Assembly (NCBI RefSeq): GCF_006345805.1 | Contig: NC_043004.1 | Span: 46,376,001 to 46,440,000 of the forward strand | DNA from: Octopus sinensis | Lineage: Eukaryota | Reading direction: 5' to 3' | Length of the DNA: 64,000 nucleotides | Part shown: in pieces, positions 1-12,265 of the stretch | How positions within the stretch are numbered: the first letter of the stretch is position 1 | Layout: every line of letters starts with the position of its first letter | The notes under the pieces: generated by a model | The model's input: the letters and a program-made list of their open reading frames with translations, nothing else | Databases searched by the model: none | Told to the model about the DNA's origin: nothing | Translations under genes and position numbers: made by a program

Positions 1-1000
1 AAACTTAGGCCTTAGGATTACCCTAGAATCCACTTAACAAAGGCTAACTTCCTCGATGTCACCCTCGACCTAAAAACCTCACTTTATTACCCGTACCACA
101 AACCAAATGAATCCCTTAGATATATAGATATCAATTCCAACCACCCCAAAAATATATTAGATAACCTAGTAAAAAGTGTCTCAATTAGAATCTCTAGCCT
201 GTCCGCCACGGAAGATATCTTTAAAGCCGCAGCCCCCTATTACAACGAGGCCTGGCCCGCAGTGGTTTTAAAGATAAGATTACCTACACTAGTATAGCCC
301 CACGCCAACCCAGGAAAAATAGACGAAGACACATTAGCTGGTACAACCCCCCCTTCAACCGTGAGGTCGCTACCTGTAGCTAAGATCTTTTTCACTCTCC
401 TACAGAAACACTTCCCCACCCAACATAAGTACTACACCTATCCTAAATAAGAACACTATTAGACTCTCCTACTCTACCACGCCCAATCTAGCCAGGAACC
501 TAGCCAACAACAATGTGAAAAAACTTAACATATCTACTTTCTCCGGGGCCCATCCAACGTCCGATAGCAGTTGCAACTGCCATGATAAAACCACCTGGCC
601 CCTCAACAACAACTGCCTACAGAGGGACCTAGTAGATAAAATGCGAGGTAAGATCAGGCCTTGACGATAAAAGTAAATCCTACATTGGAATGACGTCAAA
701 CAGCTTTAAGACCCGCTGGTACGCACATACACACTCGTTCCGGCGACAGGATAAATCCACCAAACTACCCTCCGCCCACATCTGGTACCTTAAAGGAACT
801 CAATCCCCTTCAAGACCAAGTGGAAACTACTACAGAAGGCGCGCTCGTACACAGGAGGACATACCTGCTGTGACCTATGCATATCAGAGAGCCTAGAGAT
901 CTTGTTCGCCAAGGCCCTCTCCTTAACAAATTTTCAGAACACTCCCCTAATTGCATGCATAAGAAGTATGCGAACTACAAGAACTATAGACCTACCGGCA
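1..1000 (+). pseudogene. Penelope-like element: RT C-terminus plus GIY-YIG endonuclease, frameshifted, 5' part outside the window
   Basis: Manual translation across frameshifts: KANFLDVTLDL...PYHKPNESLRYIDINSNHP...IRISSLS (PLE RT thumb region), WYNPPF, then KSYIGMTSNSFKTRWYAHTHSF and CDLC (GIY-YIG C-terminal half). Confidence 0.85.
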
Positions 1001-1099
1001 ACCTGATTGATGACAACCCCCCCCTACAAACCCCCCCAACCCCACTGTTCCCCTAGCACCCCCGATTACCTTCTCTCCTAAGACCTTTCACATATTGTA

Positions 1100-1992
1100 T
1101 GTGCACGCTTGTATATGGGTATCGTATGTATGTATATAGTATAGAAATGCATGGGTACAGTAGGAATATACGCATGTATTATGTGTGTGTGTGTGTATGT
1201 ATGCATGTAAAAAAATATATAATGTATATGTGTTTGCATATATGAATATATATATATAATATAATATATATTATATGTATGTGCTTGTTGTATTGTGCGT
1301 GGGTGTGTTATATATGTATATGTGTTTGTACGTATATGTGTATACGTGTAAATGTATGTGTTTCTGTATGTGTATGTATGTATAAAATATTATATAATTA
1401 GGGCTTAGTAAAATAAAATAAAATAAATTACTTTGCCACATACTAAACTTTCTAGAAATAGCAGCCAATAAAGTTTTTAGCCTCTTCCACTACTTAGAGA
1501 ATTTTTTCCTCTAACATTGTTTACTCAAAATAATAATGGTCCCTTTACATACTGAATTCTTGGTGAAGTTGATTAATAACTAATTAACGTTACCCTCCTT
1601 GTGATATATATATGTATGTGTATGTGTACATGTATGTATATATATGTGTGTGTGTGTATGTGTGTATGTATGTATTTGTATATGTGTGTGTGTTGTTATG
1701 TATGCGCGCGTGTATGTGTATGCATGTGTATGTATATTTGTATATGTATGTGCATGTGTATGTGTATGTGTATATATATGTATATGTATGTATATATATG
1801 TATAATATGTATATATATATATGTGTGTGTATGTATATGTATGTATATATATGGTGTGTATATGGTTTAGTATGTATTTATATAGATATGTATTGTTATA
1901 TATGTATGTATGTATTGCATCTGTCTGTGTGTGTGTATGTGTATATATGTGTATCATTATTGCGTATGTATACATGTATATGTGTATATGTA

Positions 1993-2023
<31 letters not shown>

Positions 2024-2551
2024 ATATATATATATGTATATATGTGGGGGTAATGTATATATATGTGTATATATATATATATATATGTGTATGTATATGT
2101 ATGTGTATGTGTATATATATTATATATGTATGTGTGTATGTGTATATATGTATGTATATGTGTGTGTGTGTGTACATGTATATATATGTGGTGTGTGTAT
2201 ATATATATATGTTTATATGTGAGTATGTAGAGATATAAGTATATGCATGTGTATAGGTGTGGTGTGTAATTATATATATTATATTATATTATATATATAT
2301 ATATGTATGGGTATGTGTATCCGTGTATATATGTATGTGTGTGTGTGTATGTATGTATGTGTGTATATATGTATGTGTATATGTGTATGTGTGTGTATAT
2401 ATGTGTATTATATATATATATAATATAATATATATATATGTATGTAGGTGTATGTGTAGTATGTGGTATGTGTGCATGTATGTGTAGTGTATATGTGTAT
2501 ATATATGTATGTGTATATGTATGTATATGTGTGTGTATGTGTATATGTGTA

Positions 2552-2589
<38 letters not shown>

Positions 2590-3006
2590 GTATGTATGTG
2601 TATGTGGTATATATATATGTATATATGAGTGCGCGTGTGTGTATGTATGCATTATATTATGTATGCATGTATATGTGTATGTATATATGTGTGGAAGTGT
2701 GTGCATATATGTATATGTAAGTATGTGCGCGTGTATGAGTATGTATGTATGCTTGCACACGTGTATATATATGTGTGTAAGTGTGTGCATATATGTATAT
2801 GTAAGTATGTGTGCGTGTATGAGTATGTATGTATGCTTGCACACGTGTATATATGTGTGTGTGTGTATACATATGGATGCATGTGCGTGTGGGCACGTGT
2901 ATGGGTACGCATGTATATGTGTATGTGCGTGTATGCGTATACGTGTATGTATGTATGTATGTGTGGGCGTATATTTGTATATGATAGTGTGAGTGTGTAT
3001 ATATAT

Positions 3007-3042
<36 letters not shown>

Positions 3043-3477
3043 ATATAATATATATATATATATATATAGAGGGGGGTGTTGTATGCGTATAAGTGCATGT
3101 AAGTATGGATGTATGGATGTATGTATGTATGTTTACGTATGTATGTGTTTGTGTGTATATGTATGTGCGCGCGTGTATGTGTATGCATGTGTATGTATAT
3201 TTGTATATGTATGTGCATGTGTATGTGTATGTGTATTATATGTATATGTATGTATATTATGTATATATATGTATATATATATATGTTGTGTTGTATGTAT
3301 ATGTATGTATATATATGTGTGGTATATGTGTATATGTATGTATTTATATAGATATGTAATTTTATATATATGTATGTATGTATATGCATCTGTCTGTGTG
3401 TGTGTATGTGTATATATGTTATCATTATTGCGTATGTATACATGTATATGTGTATATGTATGTTGTGTGTGTGTATA

Positions 3478-3509
<32 letters not shown>

Positions 3510-4500
3510 GTGGGGGGTATATGTATATATATGTGTATATATATATATATATATATGTGTATGTATATGTATGTGTATGTGTATATATATATATATATGT
3601 ATGTGTGGTATGTGTATATATGTAGTATATGTGTATGTGTGTGTACATGTATATATATGTGGTGTGTGTATATATATATATGTTTATATGTGAGTATGTA
3701 GAGATATAAGTATATGCAGTTGTATATGTGTGTGTGTGTATATATATATATATATTATATATATATATATATATTGTATGGGTATGTGTATCCGTGTATT
3801 ATATGTATGTGTGTGTGTAGTATGTATGTGTGTATATATGTATGTGTTATATGTGTATGTGTGTGTATATATGTGTATTCTATATTATATATAATATATA
3901 TATATATATGGATGTAGGTGTATGTGTATTGTGTGTATGTGTGCATGTATGTGTATGTGTAATATGTGTATATATATGTATGTGTATATGTATGTATATA
4001 TGTGTGTATGTGTATATGGGTATATATATATATATATATATATATAAGATATATATATGTATATGTATGTATGTGTATGTGTGTATAATATATGTATATA
4101 TGAGTGCTGCGCGTGTGTGTATGTATGCATATATGTATGTATGCATGTATATGTGTATGTATATATGTGTGGAAGTGTGTGCATATATGTATAGTAAGTA
4201 TGTGCGCGTGTATGAGTATGTATGTATGCTTGCACACGTGGTATATATATGTGTAAGTGTGTGCATATATGTATATGTAAGTATGTGTGCGTGTATGAGT
4301 ATGTATGTATGCTTGCACACGTGTATATATGTGTGTGTGTGTATACATATGATGCATGTGCGTGTGGGCACGTGTATGGGTACGCATGTATATGTGTATG
4401 TGCGTGTATGCGTATACGTGTATGTATGTATGTATGTTGGGCGTATATTTGTATATGTATGTGTGAGTGTTATATATATATATATCTATATATATATATG

Positions 4501-4541
<41 letters not shown>

Positions 4542-5480
4542 TGGGGTGTGTGTATGCGTATAAGTGCATGTAAGTATGGATGTATGGATGTATGTATGTA
4601 TGTTTACGTATGTATGTTGTTTGTGTGTATATGATGTAGGTGTGTGTATGTATGTGTGTATATATGTATATTATATATATATATGTGTGTATATATGTTT
4701 GTGTATGTATATATATGTGTATGTATGTGTGTGATATATAGGTGGTTGTATGTATGTATGTATATGTATATATATGTATGATGTATAAATATATATATAT
4801 GTATGTATGTATATATATATATATATGTACATGGATGTGTGGGTATATATATATATATATAATATATATATATATATATAGGTTGTATCTGTATGTAGGA
4901 GTATATATATGTGCGTGTGGTTGTGTATGTGTATATGTGTATATGTATATATGTGTATATATATATATATATGTATTTTATTGGTGTATATATATAGACT
5001 AGCCTCCTAAAGTGTAGACATGAATCTGTAGGTACGAGTACGTATTGTATATACGTGAACGTATGTAGATGTTTGTATGTATGAATATAACGCGTGCGTA
5101 CGTGTATGTGTATGAGTGTACAAATGGGGTATGTACGTGCTAATGAGTGTGCGTGCGGGAACGAGCACTTGCCTTCTAGTAGACAGACAATTTGGACATG
5201 CTGCCATCGCCAGGATCCTTAGCTCTAGCGATCAAAGATAACAAAAGTAATAAATGAAGATAAAAAATTAAAATTAGGGAATGGGCCTGTATTGGATTGT
5301 GGTGTATATTATATGTGTGTATTATATATATAATATGTAATATATATGTGTATATATGTGTGTGTATATATATGTATATATAATGTATGTGTATGTGTGT
5401 TGTGTAGGTATGTATAGGCACACATGTGTTGTAGTGTATGTGGTGTGTGTGTATGTATATGTGTTTATGTAGGTATGTGC
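1100..5480. repeat. Compound (TA/TG/TATG)n microsatellite field with a ~1.47-kb tandem duplication
   Basis: Unique anchors recur at ~1471-1478 nt offset (gtgagtatgtagagatataag ~2219/~3690; tatgggtatgtgtatccgtg ~2306/~3778; gtggaagtgt ~2691/~4169). Confidence 0.85.
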
Positions 5481-5625
5481 ACACATTTTATTTTCTATTT
5501 TTTTTATTTTTTATTTTATTTTTTATTTTTTATTTTTTATTTTTTATTTTATTTTTTATTTTTTTATTTTTTATTTTTTTATTTTTATTTTTTATTATTT
5601 TTGTTTTTTTTTTTTTTTTTTAATT
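5480..5625. repeat. (TTTTA)n / poly-T low-complexity tract
   Basis: Directly visible. Confidence 0.9.
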
Positions 5626-5771
5626 ATCTATTCTTTCATCTAACTTACCACTGACTCCTTGACCACTCCCCCAAGTATGATATTTTGCGCTATGCCTACC
5701 CCCAAAAAAGTCCCCACCACCACTCCTAAACCTGCCTAAATGTATAAATGCTAATACAATTCTTGTTAAAT

Positions 5772-5822
5772 AGCTTCCTGAAGATTTCTCTTGAATGAAA
5801 CAGTACTAGTCCTGTAGAAGCT
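5772..5822 (+). ncRNA. Type I hammerhead ribozyme, probably in the PLE 3' pseudo-LTR
   Basis: AGCTTC-CTGAAGA-tttc/tctt/gaat-GAAA-CAG/tactagtc/CTG-TA-GAAGCT: 6-bp stem I, canonical core, GUA triplet; first stem II pair is a U-U mismatch. Confidence 0.75.
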
Positions 5823-5907
5823 CCTTCTATATAATAAATTAATTTTACTCTGCTATGTATGAGTACCTTACTTACTGTGGTTAACCCCGGATCAACCCGG
5901 GACCTAC

Positions 5908-5971
<64 letters not shown>

Positions 5972-6208
5972 TAAATCTATAAGCGATAGATAAATAGTAA
6001 CAGTACAGCAAAATAAAAATCTATTTGCCAACGTAAAGTGCCATTCCTCACTAGGACGAGGTTAGTAACTTTTTTTAACCCAGGAAAACATCTTTTCCAG
6101 TTGGCTACCGACGCACAACTGCGTCCTTATACCTCGAAGAAGGGGGCTAATACATTATTTGCATTATTTACATTTGGCGGATATTTGTCTTCATCTTCTT
6201 TGTTGTTA

Positions 6209-6252
6209 ACACAACGTTTCGGCTGATATACCCTCCAGATTTCATTAGGTAT
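6209..6252 (-). ncRNA. Degenerate minimal hammerhead relic (G5A)
   Basis: Minus strand ATAC-CTAATGA-aatctg..cagcc-GAAAC-GTT-GTGT; core G5 mutated, stem II broken. Confidence 0.5.
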
Positions 6253-6299
6253 CTTGGGGAAATTTCGAACCTGTGTTCTCATTCCTAAGGTAGTTTTCG

Positions 6300-6467
6300 A
6301 TGATGTTGCTGTAGTTGTTGTTGATGTTGTTGTTGTGTTGTTGTTGCTGTTGTTGTTGTTGTTGTTCTTCTTCTTCTTCTTCTTCATGTTCATGTTCATG
6401 TTCTCTTCTTCTTCTTCTTCTTCTTCTTCTTCTCTTCATGTTCATGTTCATGTTCTTCTTCTTCTTC

Positions 6468-6505
<38 letters not shown>

Positions 6506-6521
6506 GTTATTGTTATTGTTA

Positions 6522-6556
<35 letters not shown>
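6300..6556. repeat. Compound (GTT)n/(CTT)n/(CATGTT)n/(ATT)n microsatellite
   Basis: Directly visible. Confidence 0.95.
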
Positions 6557-6560
<4 letters not shown>

Positions 6561-6634
6561 TCTCTGCTTGAAATCGAACTCGGAATCTTGAGGGTTAGTA
6601 GCTTGCGCTCTTAACCACTACGCCATATGTCCCC
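6557..6634 (-). mobile_element. Short tRNA-derived SINE head with (AAT)n tail
   Basis: Minus strand: A box TGGCGTAGTGG, B box GAGTTCGATTTC, immediately followed by (AAT)n. Confidence 0.7.
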
Positions 6635-7016
6635 ACTCAGTATTAAACAGTACATGCGGAACAATGTTTCTGTGTTATTTTACTTCATCGGCACATAGAG
6701 ATGGCAGCATTAGGCATTGTTGGGGGTATATATTTTAAAGTGACATACAGTTACGGATCTCGTAAAGAGGAAAACAATTTATTTTAATTTTTTGAGCGAG
6801 ACGTAAGTAGTAACAGTAAGACAGATTAAATCTACTTGCCTAAAGTGGCAGTCCTGATTAAGACGACCCAGAAACCATGGCCCGCAATATCGTTTACGGC
6901 TGAGTGGGGCACTAGCTCGCTTGTTCGAGGTATAGTGATGCAGTTGCGCATCGGTAACTAACTGGAAAATATGATTTCCTGGGGCTAAGATCGTCCATTT
7001 CACGTTGGAAAATAGA

Positions 7017-7070
7017 TTTTCCTAATGAAGGAATATCCCTAATATCCCAGAAACATCTGCAAGACTATTT
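7017..7070 (+). ncRNA. Degenerate hammerhead relic in a PLE-derived short repeat
   Basis: CTAATGA-agg..ccca-GAAAC-atct-GCA-agac; the downstream tail (ttataaatgtc...ttgttgtctcattt) matches the minus-strand element at ~53280-53385. Confidence 0.45.
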
Positions 7071-8209
7071 TTCTCTTTATAAATGTCATATGAATTCCCC
7101 ACAGCTTTGGCTTTGTTGTCTCATTTTATTTAACATATGCATATGCAAGACCCGCATTAATCTGTCACATTTTCAATGTGCATATATTGTCTACAGATAG
7201 ATTTTGATATATATTTTGATGAAAACCTTGTGTGAATAACAGATACCATGTCAATCTTCTTACAAATCAAGAATAATTATTTAAGTTTCGATCAATTATA
7301 TGTGTAGCAATTTCGATAAATATTTCAGATATAAATAAACATCACGACTCTTTATAGAAAACTGAATTCATACTATATTTTGTATCTTATTTTTGATACC
7401 ATATTTCGTTTTTGTTTTCGTAAGATTTCTCTATACAGAAGTTTCTGCTTCGTTTGTTTTAGTTCATTATTTATGCTTTACATATCATTTTATCAATACA
7501 AAATACTAATTTTATTTGTAAATGTGTTTGTTTTTAACAGCCTTAGGTTAATTGATTTATAAGTTAGGGCAAGTGAAAGAAATGGCAGAAAGTGGAAACA
7601 AGACGATAGAAATTTAAATATTTCCTGTGTAACATACACAATCTATATTCAAATCATACTGGGGTGAGTATTGATTTCGAAGCAATCTTGATAGTTTTTG
7701 TCTAGCAAGCCATTCTAATAGGTCATACAGTGATTTATTTTACATAAATTAAATCTATTTCTACTTGTTGCTATCTTCTTATTAGCAGTAAATGATTTGT
7801 AAAAGAAAATAATGATAACAGTTAAATAACATATAATACCTTTGGAATAATTATTATATTAAAATTATGTAATCATTTAATTTTTAGCGAAACATTTGGT
7901 TCATTACGTGCGGTTTAAGCAGTATTAAATTGAAATAATATTCTGCGTATAATACTTAAATTATTGAAACCAAGTTTACAGCAGTATTAGTTCCTAGAAA
8001 TAATTTTTTACAGACATATAGTATTTAAATATGTCAAGAATATGTCAAAATATAATTATCTAGCATACAAGCAAGGTTTGGAATTTGAAAATGTAGTTAA
8101 TTAATAATAGTGATTCTATCTTACTGATACTTTACCGACTTGAAACGATGAAAGTTAAGGTTGACCTTTGCAGGACTGAATACAAACCTTAAAGAGTGTG
8201 AAGCTATAC

Positions 8210-8490
8210 TGCAAAGAGGAAAATGTAGACTATGCTTGGATATGTTATACGAAGTCTTGAAGAACAGTGATATCGACTGAAGCGCAGCCTATCTTGGACT
8301 CGTGACTTCCACATCACACTACACTTCGAGAGCTGTGCATTTGTAGTCCAACAACAGAAAATCTGATCGAACATTGTCATCAAAATATCTGTCAAGTGTA
8401 AACATAACAGGCCTGATATATTCATTTTGCAATAACAAAAAAAAAACGAATGAGTGCAAGGTTGTATAAACAGAAATGTTATTCTGTTCT
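8210..8490 (+). pseudogene. Non-LTR retrotransposon fragment with restriction-like endonuclease (RLE)
   Basis: KCRLC knuckle remnant and IKISVKCKHNRPDIFI (PD motif); similar to 46810-47235. Confidence 0.55.
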
Positions 8491-8877
8491 ATAGGTGGCA
8501 AGAAACTGAATTAGAGTAAGAATATATAGGAAAATTATTTCGATATTTTTGCTAACCACTATCGTACTACATGCGCCATATCCCTCTCGTCCCTACTTCT
8601 CTATACCTTTGAAATGCAGAAAATGTTGGGAATTCCTACGATGTAAATTAGCTCTTCAAACAAAGAACATTTTCTATTTTCGTCTCGTCTTGATAATTGT
8701 AACATGTAATTTACATTGCTAATCCATTTGAGAATGACATTTATTCAAATTTCATTAAACTTGCTTTTTCTCTGTTTACTATCTCTATTATATCTCTATT
8801 CACCAAAAGTCAAACGAATTACTATAATGTATCTGGCATAAACGTATAGTTCAATATTTCTGTACGTGTCATCGCAT

Positions 8878-8975
8878 TTATAACATTAAATTTAGTCCGA
8901 ATGTAACTAACGTTGCAGTGAGTAAACCCCATAGATTTACTGGAAATTCAAGTGATGCAATTCCATAATCTGAAT
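8878..8975 (-). other. Candidate terminal coding exon with a hydrophobic (GPI-signal/TM-like) C-terminus
   Basis: Acceptor ttaatttttag, then (D)SDYGIASLEFPVNLWGLLTATLVTFGLNLML-stop; no linked exons proven. Confidence 0.2.
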
Positions 8976-9269
8976 CTAAAAATTAACTGGTGCAATTTTT
9001 GGAGAAGACATCTAATCGTTCCCAATCTCAATATTCATGCATTTTCTTCCATCATCAACATCAACGGCAATAGAACTGGAGAGGTTTGACTGAATTAATT
9101 TAAACAAGACGTGACGCTGAATGAAATTTAAATATTTTCAAATGAAAAAACATCACATTAAACATGATGTAACATAAAGAAATAATTTGTGCCTAATTTA
9201 CATTTGGCTGTTTATATATTTTCTTTTGCATGCACAAAACATAAAAAAACGCTAATCTAGCTGTTTATC

Positions 9270-9535
9270 TATGTATCTAGCTATCTATCTATTTATCTAT
9301 CTACCAACCTATCTGTCTGTCTGTCAGTCAGTCTGTTTGTCTGCCTGTCTGCAAGTCTGCCTATGTAGGAATGTATGGATGTATGCGTGCGTGCATGCAC
9401 ACGTGTATGTATGTACGTATGTATGCATGCGTGTATGTATGTATGTATGTATGTATGTATGTATGTATGTATGTATGTATGCATGTATGTATGTATGTAT
9501 GTATGAGTGTGTGTATGAATGCATGCATACGTATC
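9270..9535. repeat. (CTAT)n/(CTGT)n/(GTAT)n microsatellite
   Basis: Directly visible. Confidence 0.95.
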
Positions 9536-10064
9536 TACTTGGTTGATTTGAAATTATTTGCGCTGATAGTCTAAGCATATTTTTAATAAAATATTCAACC
9601 GACCTGACACAAATTCTCTGCTTCTAATTGATTTTGCTCAGGCAAAAGGATTTGAAATTACAAGAGTGTGATAATGTGCTATGGTGAGAGTAATTCAATT
9701 TGTCCTGCCATATATTTTGTAGTGCATTGAACACAAAAAATTCGAAAATATTTCAGCGTTCGTTAATTGATCTTTCACTATCTTTTCTTCAGTCTCATCT
9801 ATCTAAATTTATAATATTGCAACTAGTTATAACATAATTAAATTGTTTAGATAAAATTGGAATGTATAATTTATTTTTTAATTGTCAATAAGACCTAAAA
9901 ACACATGCATAATTAAATTCTTTAACATACACAAAAATACATTGTTCATGTAGGTTTATGCAGTGACAACGAATCTTTGTAAATTTAAGTGAACTGAAAT
10001 TTTTACCACGCCATTTTGATGAAAAGAAAAACTCGTTATAATGCGATAGTACAAATGGCTGGTA

Positions 10065-10270
10065 GAAAGAATCGTTACCGCGCCGATCGAATGCTAAGAA
10101 ACATTTCGTCGGTCTTTTACATTCTGGGTTCAAATTCCGTCGAGATCAGCTTTGCATTGCGTCAATTCAGGTCACTCTTTAGAAATAAGTACGAGTTAAA
10201 TACTGGGGTTGATTCAATCAAGTTAACCCTTTGACCAAACCTGCTGACTTTGTGCCAAATTTTGAAACGT
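10065..10270 (+). mobile_element. Degenerate tRNA-derived SINE, Nin/Deu-domain-like family
   Basis: B box GGGTTCAAATTCC and body similar to copies at 15090, 33958 and 34645. Confidence 0.55.
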
Positions 10271-10374
10271 TACTAGTTCATGACTATATTCCGATATCTT
10301 TTGTTGTTCAAGAAAAAAATGAAGTAATACAATGAATTATTGTGTTGGCAACTAAGTTCCCTTCGTTTTTTTTT

Positions 10375-10490
10375 AATTTTGGAATTTATTGCGTTTTTTA
10401 AATTTTGGAATTTATTGCATTTTTAACTTTTGGAATTTATTGCGTTTTTAATTTTGGAATTTATTGCGTTTTTAAATTTTGGAATCTATT
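10375..10490. repeat. Minisatellite, ~25-bp unit TTTTGGAATTTATTGCGTTTTTAA, about 5 copies
   Basis: Directly visible, no unique spacers. Confidence 0.85.
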
Positions 10491-10569
10491 TCTTCGAGAA
10501 TTCTATTTTTGAATCATCTTGGAATCTTTTTTTTCTAATTAATGTTACTAATTTTCTGTTCATAATCAG

Positions 10570-10985
10570 ATCATTTAAATGGAATGTGAAGTTTACGAAA
10601 AGCGAACATTTGCGACACATCCTTCTTTTTGCTTTTAATCAAGGATCTAAGGCCGCAAAAGTTGCTCGCGACATTTGTGCTGTGTATGGAGAGAAGGCCA
10701 TGCCTGAAAGAAAGCTTATGATTAGTATGCCAAGTTCAAAAATGAAAAGTTTGGCCTCAAAAACGCACATCGTTCTGGTCGTCCAGTTGATGAAGACCGA
10801 TTAAACCAACGTTTCCACAAAAAAACTCGTCAAACGACAAGGGAACTGTCAGAAAAAATGGAATGGTCCTACGCCGCTATAGAGAAACATCTTCACTCGA
10901 TGGGAAAGGTTCAGAAGTATGGATCATGAGTTCTGCATGCTTTCGGTGACGACAAACAAAATCCCCGAATCACAATCCCCGCTGT
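10570..10985 (+). pseudogene. Mariner transposase N-terminal (HTH) fragment
   Basis: HLRHILLFAFNQGSKAAKVARDICAVYGE...RSGRP...RQTTRELSEKM...IEKHLHSMGKVQKYG across one frameshift. Confidence 0.85.
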
Positions 10986-11076
10986 TGTAATTAGAATACT
11001 ATTTGTAAAGTATACAATACTATAATAATTATCAATTTGGTTAAGTTTATTTAGTAAATCAAATGAAACTACTTTT

Positions 11077-11112
<36 letters not shown>

Positions 11113-11394
11113 GCATATATATATGTGTGTGTGTACACACATACATGCATATACATATATGCCCATACACAAACATATATATATCCATATACAAACACAT
11201 GCACAAATATACATATATACATATACATATATATACACATATACACGCATACACATATATACACATATATACACATACATACACATATCAACATATATAT
11301 ATATATATACATACATATGCACACACTATACAAATATATATATGCACACACACACACATACACACGCACATTCATATGTCTAATATGTGTTAGT

Positions 11395-11612
11395 GGAGGC
11401 GCATGGCCTAGTGGTTAGAGCAGCGGACTTGCGGTCGAGGGATCGCGGGTTCGAATCTCAGACCGGACGATGTGTGTGTTTATGAGCGAAACACCTAAGC
11501 TCCATGCGGCTCCGGTAGAAGGTAATGGCGATACGTCTGCTGACTTTTTCGCCACAACTTTCTCTCACTCTTTATTCCTGCATCTTGCAGCTCACCTGCG
11601 ATGGACCGACGC
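11395..11612 (+). mobile_element. tRNA-derived SINE, second family
   Basis: A box TGGCCTAGTGG, B box GGTTCGAATC (11448-11457), non-tRNA 3' body. Confidence 0.75.
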
Positions 11613-12265
11613 CAAGAAACCGGGAAAGCGGCCCTTATGAGCCAGGCATGGCTCGAGAACGAACAAACACTATTACGTGTTACATTCCGGAGATTTGTTA
11701 AGAATGTGCGACTACAAGAAACAGCTAAATTACAATTAAATAAGATACGAATCAAAACACCGTTTTACTTAGTTCTTAACTATGTGGGTATTTGGCATTT
11801 CCAACGAAATAAATTGCAAACTATTTCCTCGACATAGCTAAATACATATGAAAATCTATTGAGATTATGAAATAAAAAAGAAGACTTAACATTGTTCGCG
11901 ATAATAAAAAGACACACTAATACAATGTTGATTTATTCGATTATTGCTAGTAACACAAAAATAAGTCTTGTAATAATCAGCGTATCGAAGATCAGTAAAA
12001 CAGAGTAGCGCCATGAGCAAGAGAGCTATTCTTCTTGACCACCTTATTAGGGCATGCGGAATGAAAGCATTCACCTGTGTTCGCATCGCTATGTGCACAG
12101 GGAACTTTCCTTCAAATTAAGAAGCAGTAGGTAATCTGACAAGCTTCAAATAAAACGTACCGCATTAAACATGTAATGCAATAGTTCAGTCTTGGAAGTA
12201 TGGGGTGCCGGGTTTAGTTAGTTGTTAACTATGTGGGTATTTGACTCCCCATCATCTTCGTGTCA

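Noticed and set aside
1271-5654. Many 60-260 aa ORFs rich in Y/I/V/C/M/H/T, here and throughout the window
   Set aside because: They are translations of (TA)n, (TG)n and (TATG)n microsatellites, which lack stop codons in several frames.
6557-6634. tRNA gene
   Set aside because: No convincing acceptor stem, and it is fused to an (AAT)n tail; SINE head.
10375-10490. CRISPR-like repeat array
   Set aside because: Units are head-to-tail without unique spacers, the context is eukaryotic, and no cas genes are present.
11395-11470. tRNA gene
   Set aside because: A and B boxes are present but the sequence continues into a SINE body with no closing acceptor stem.
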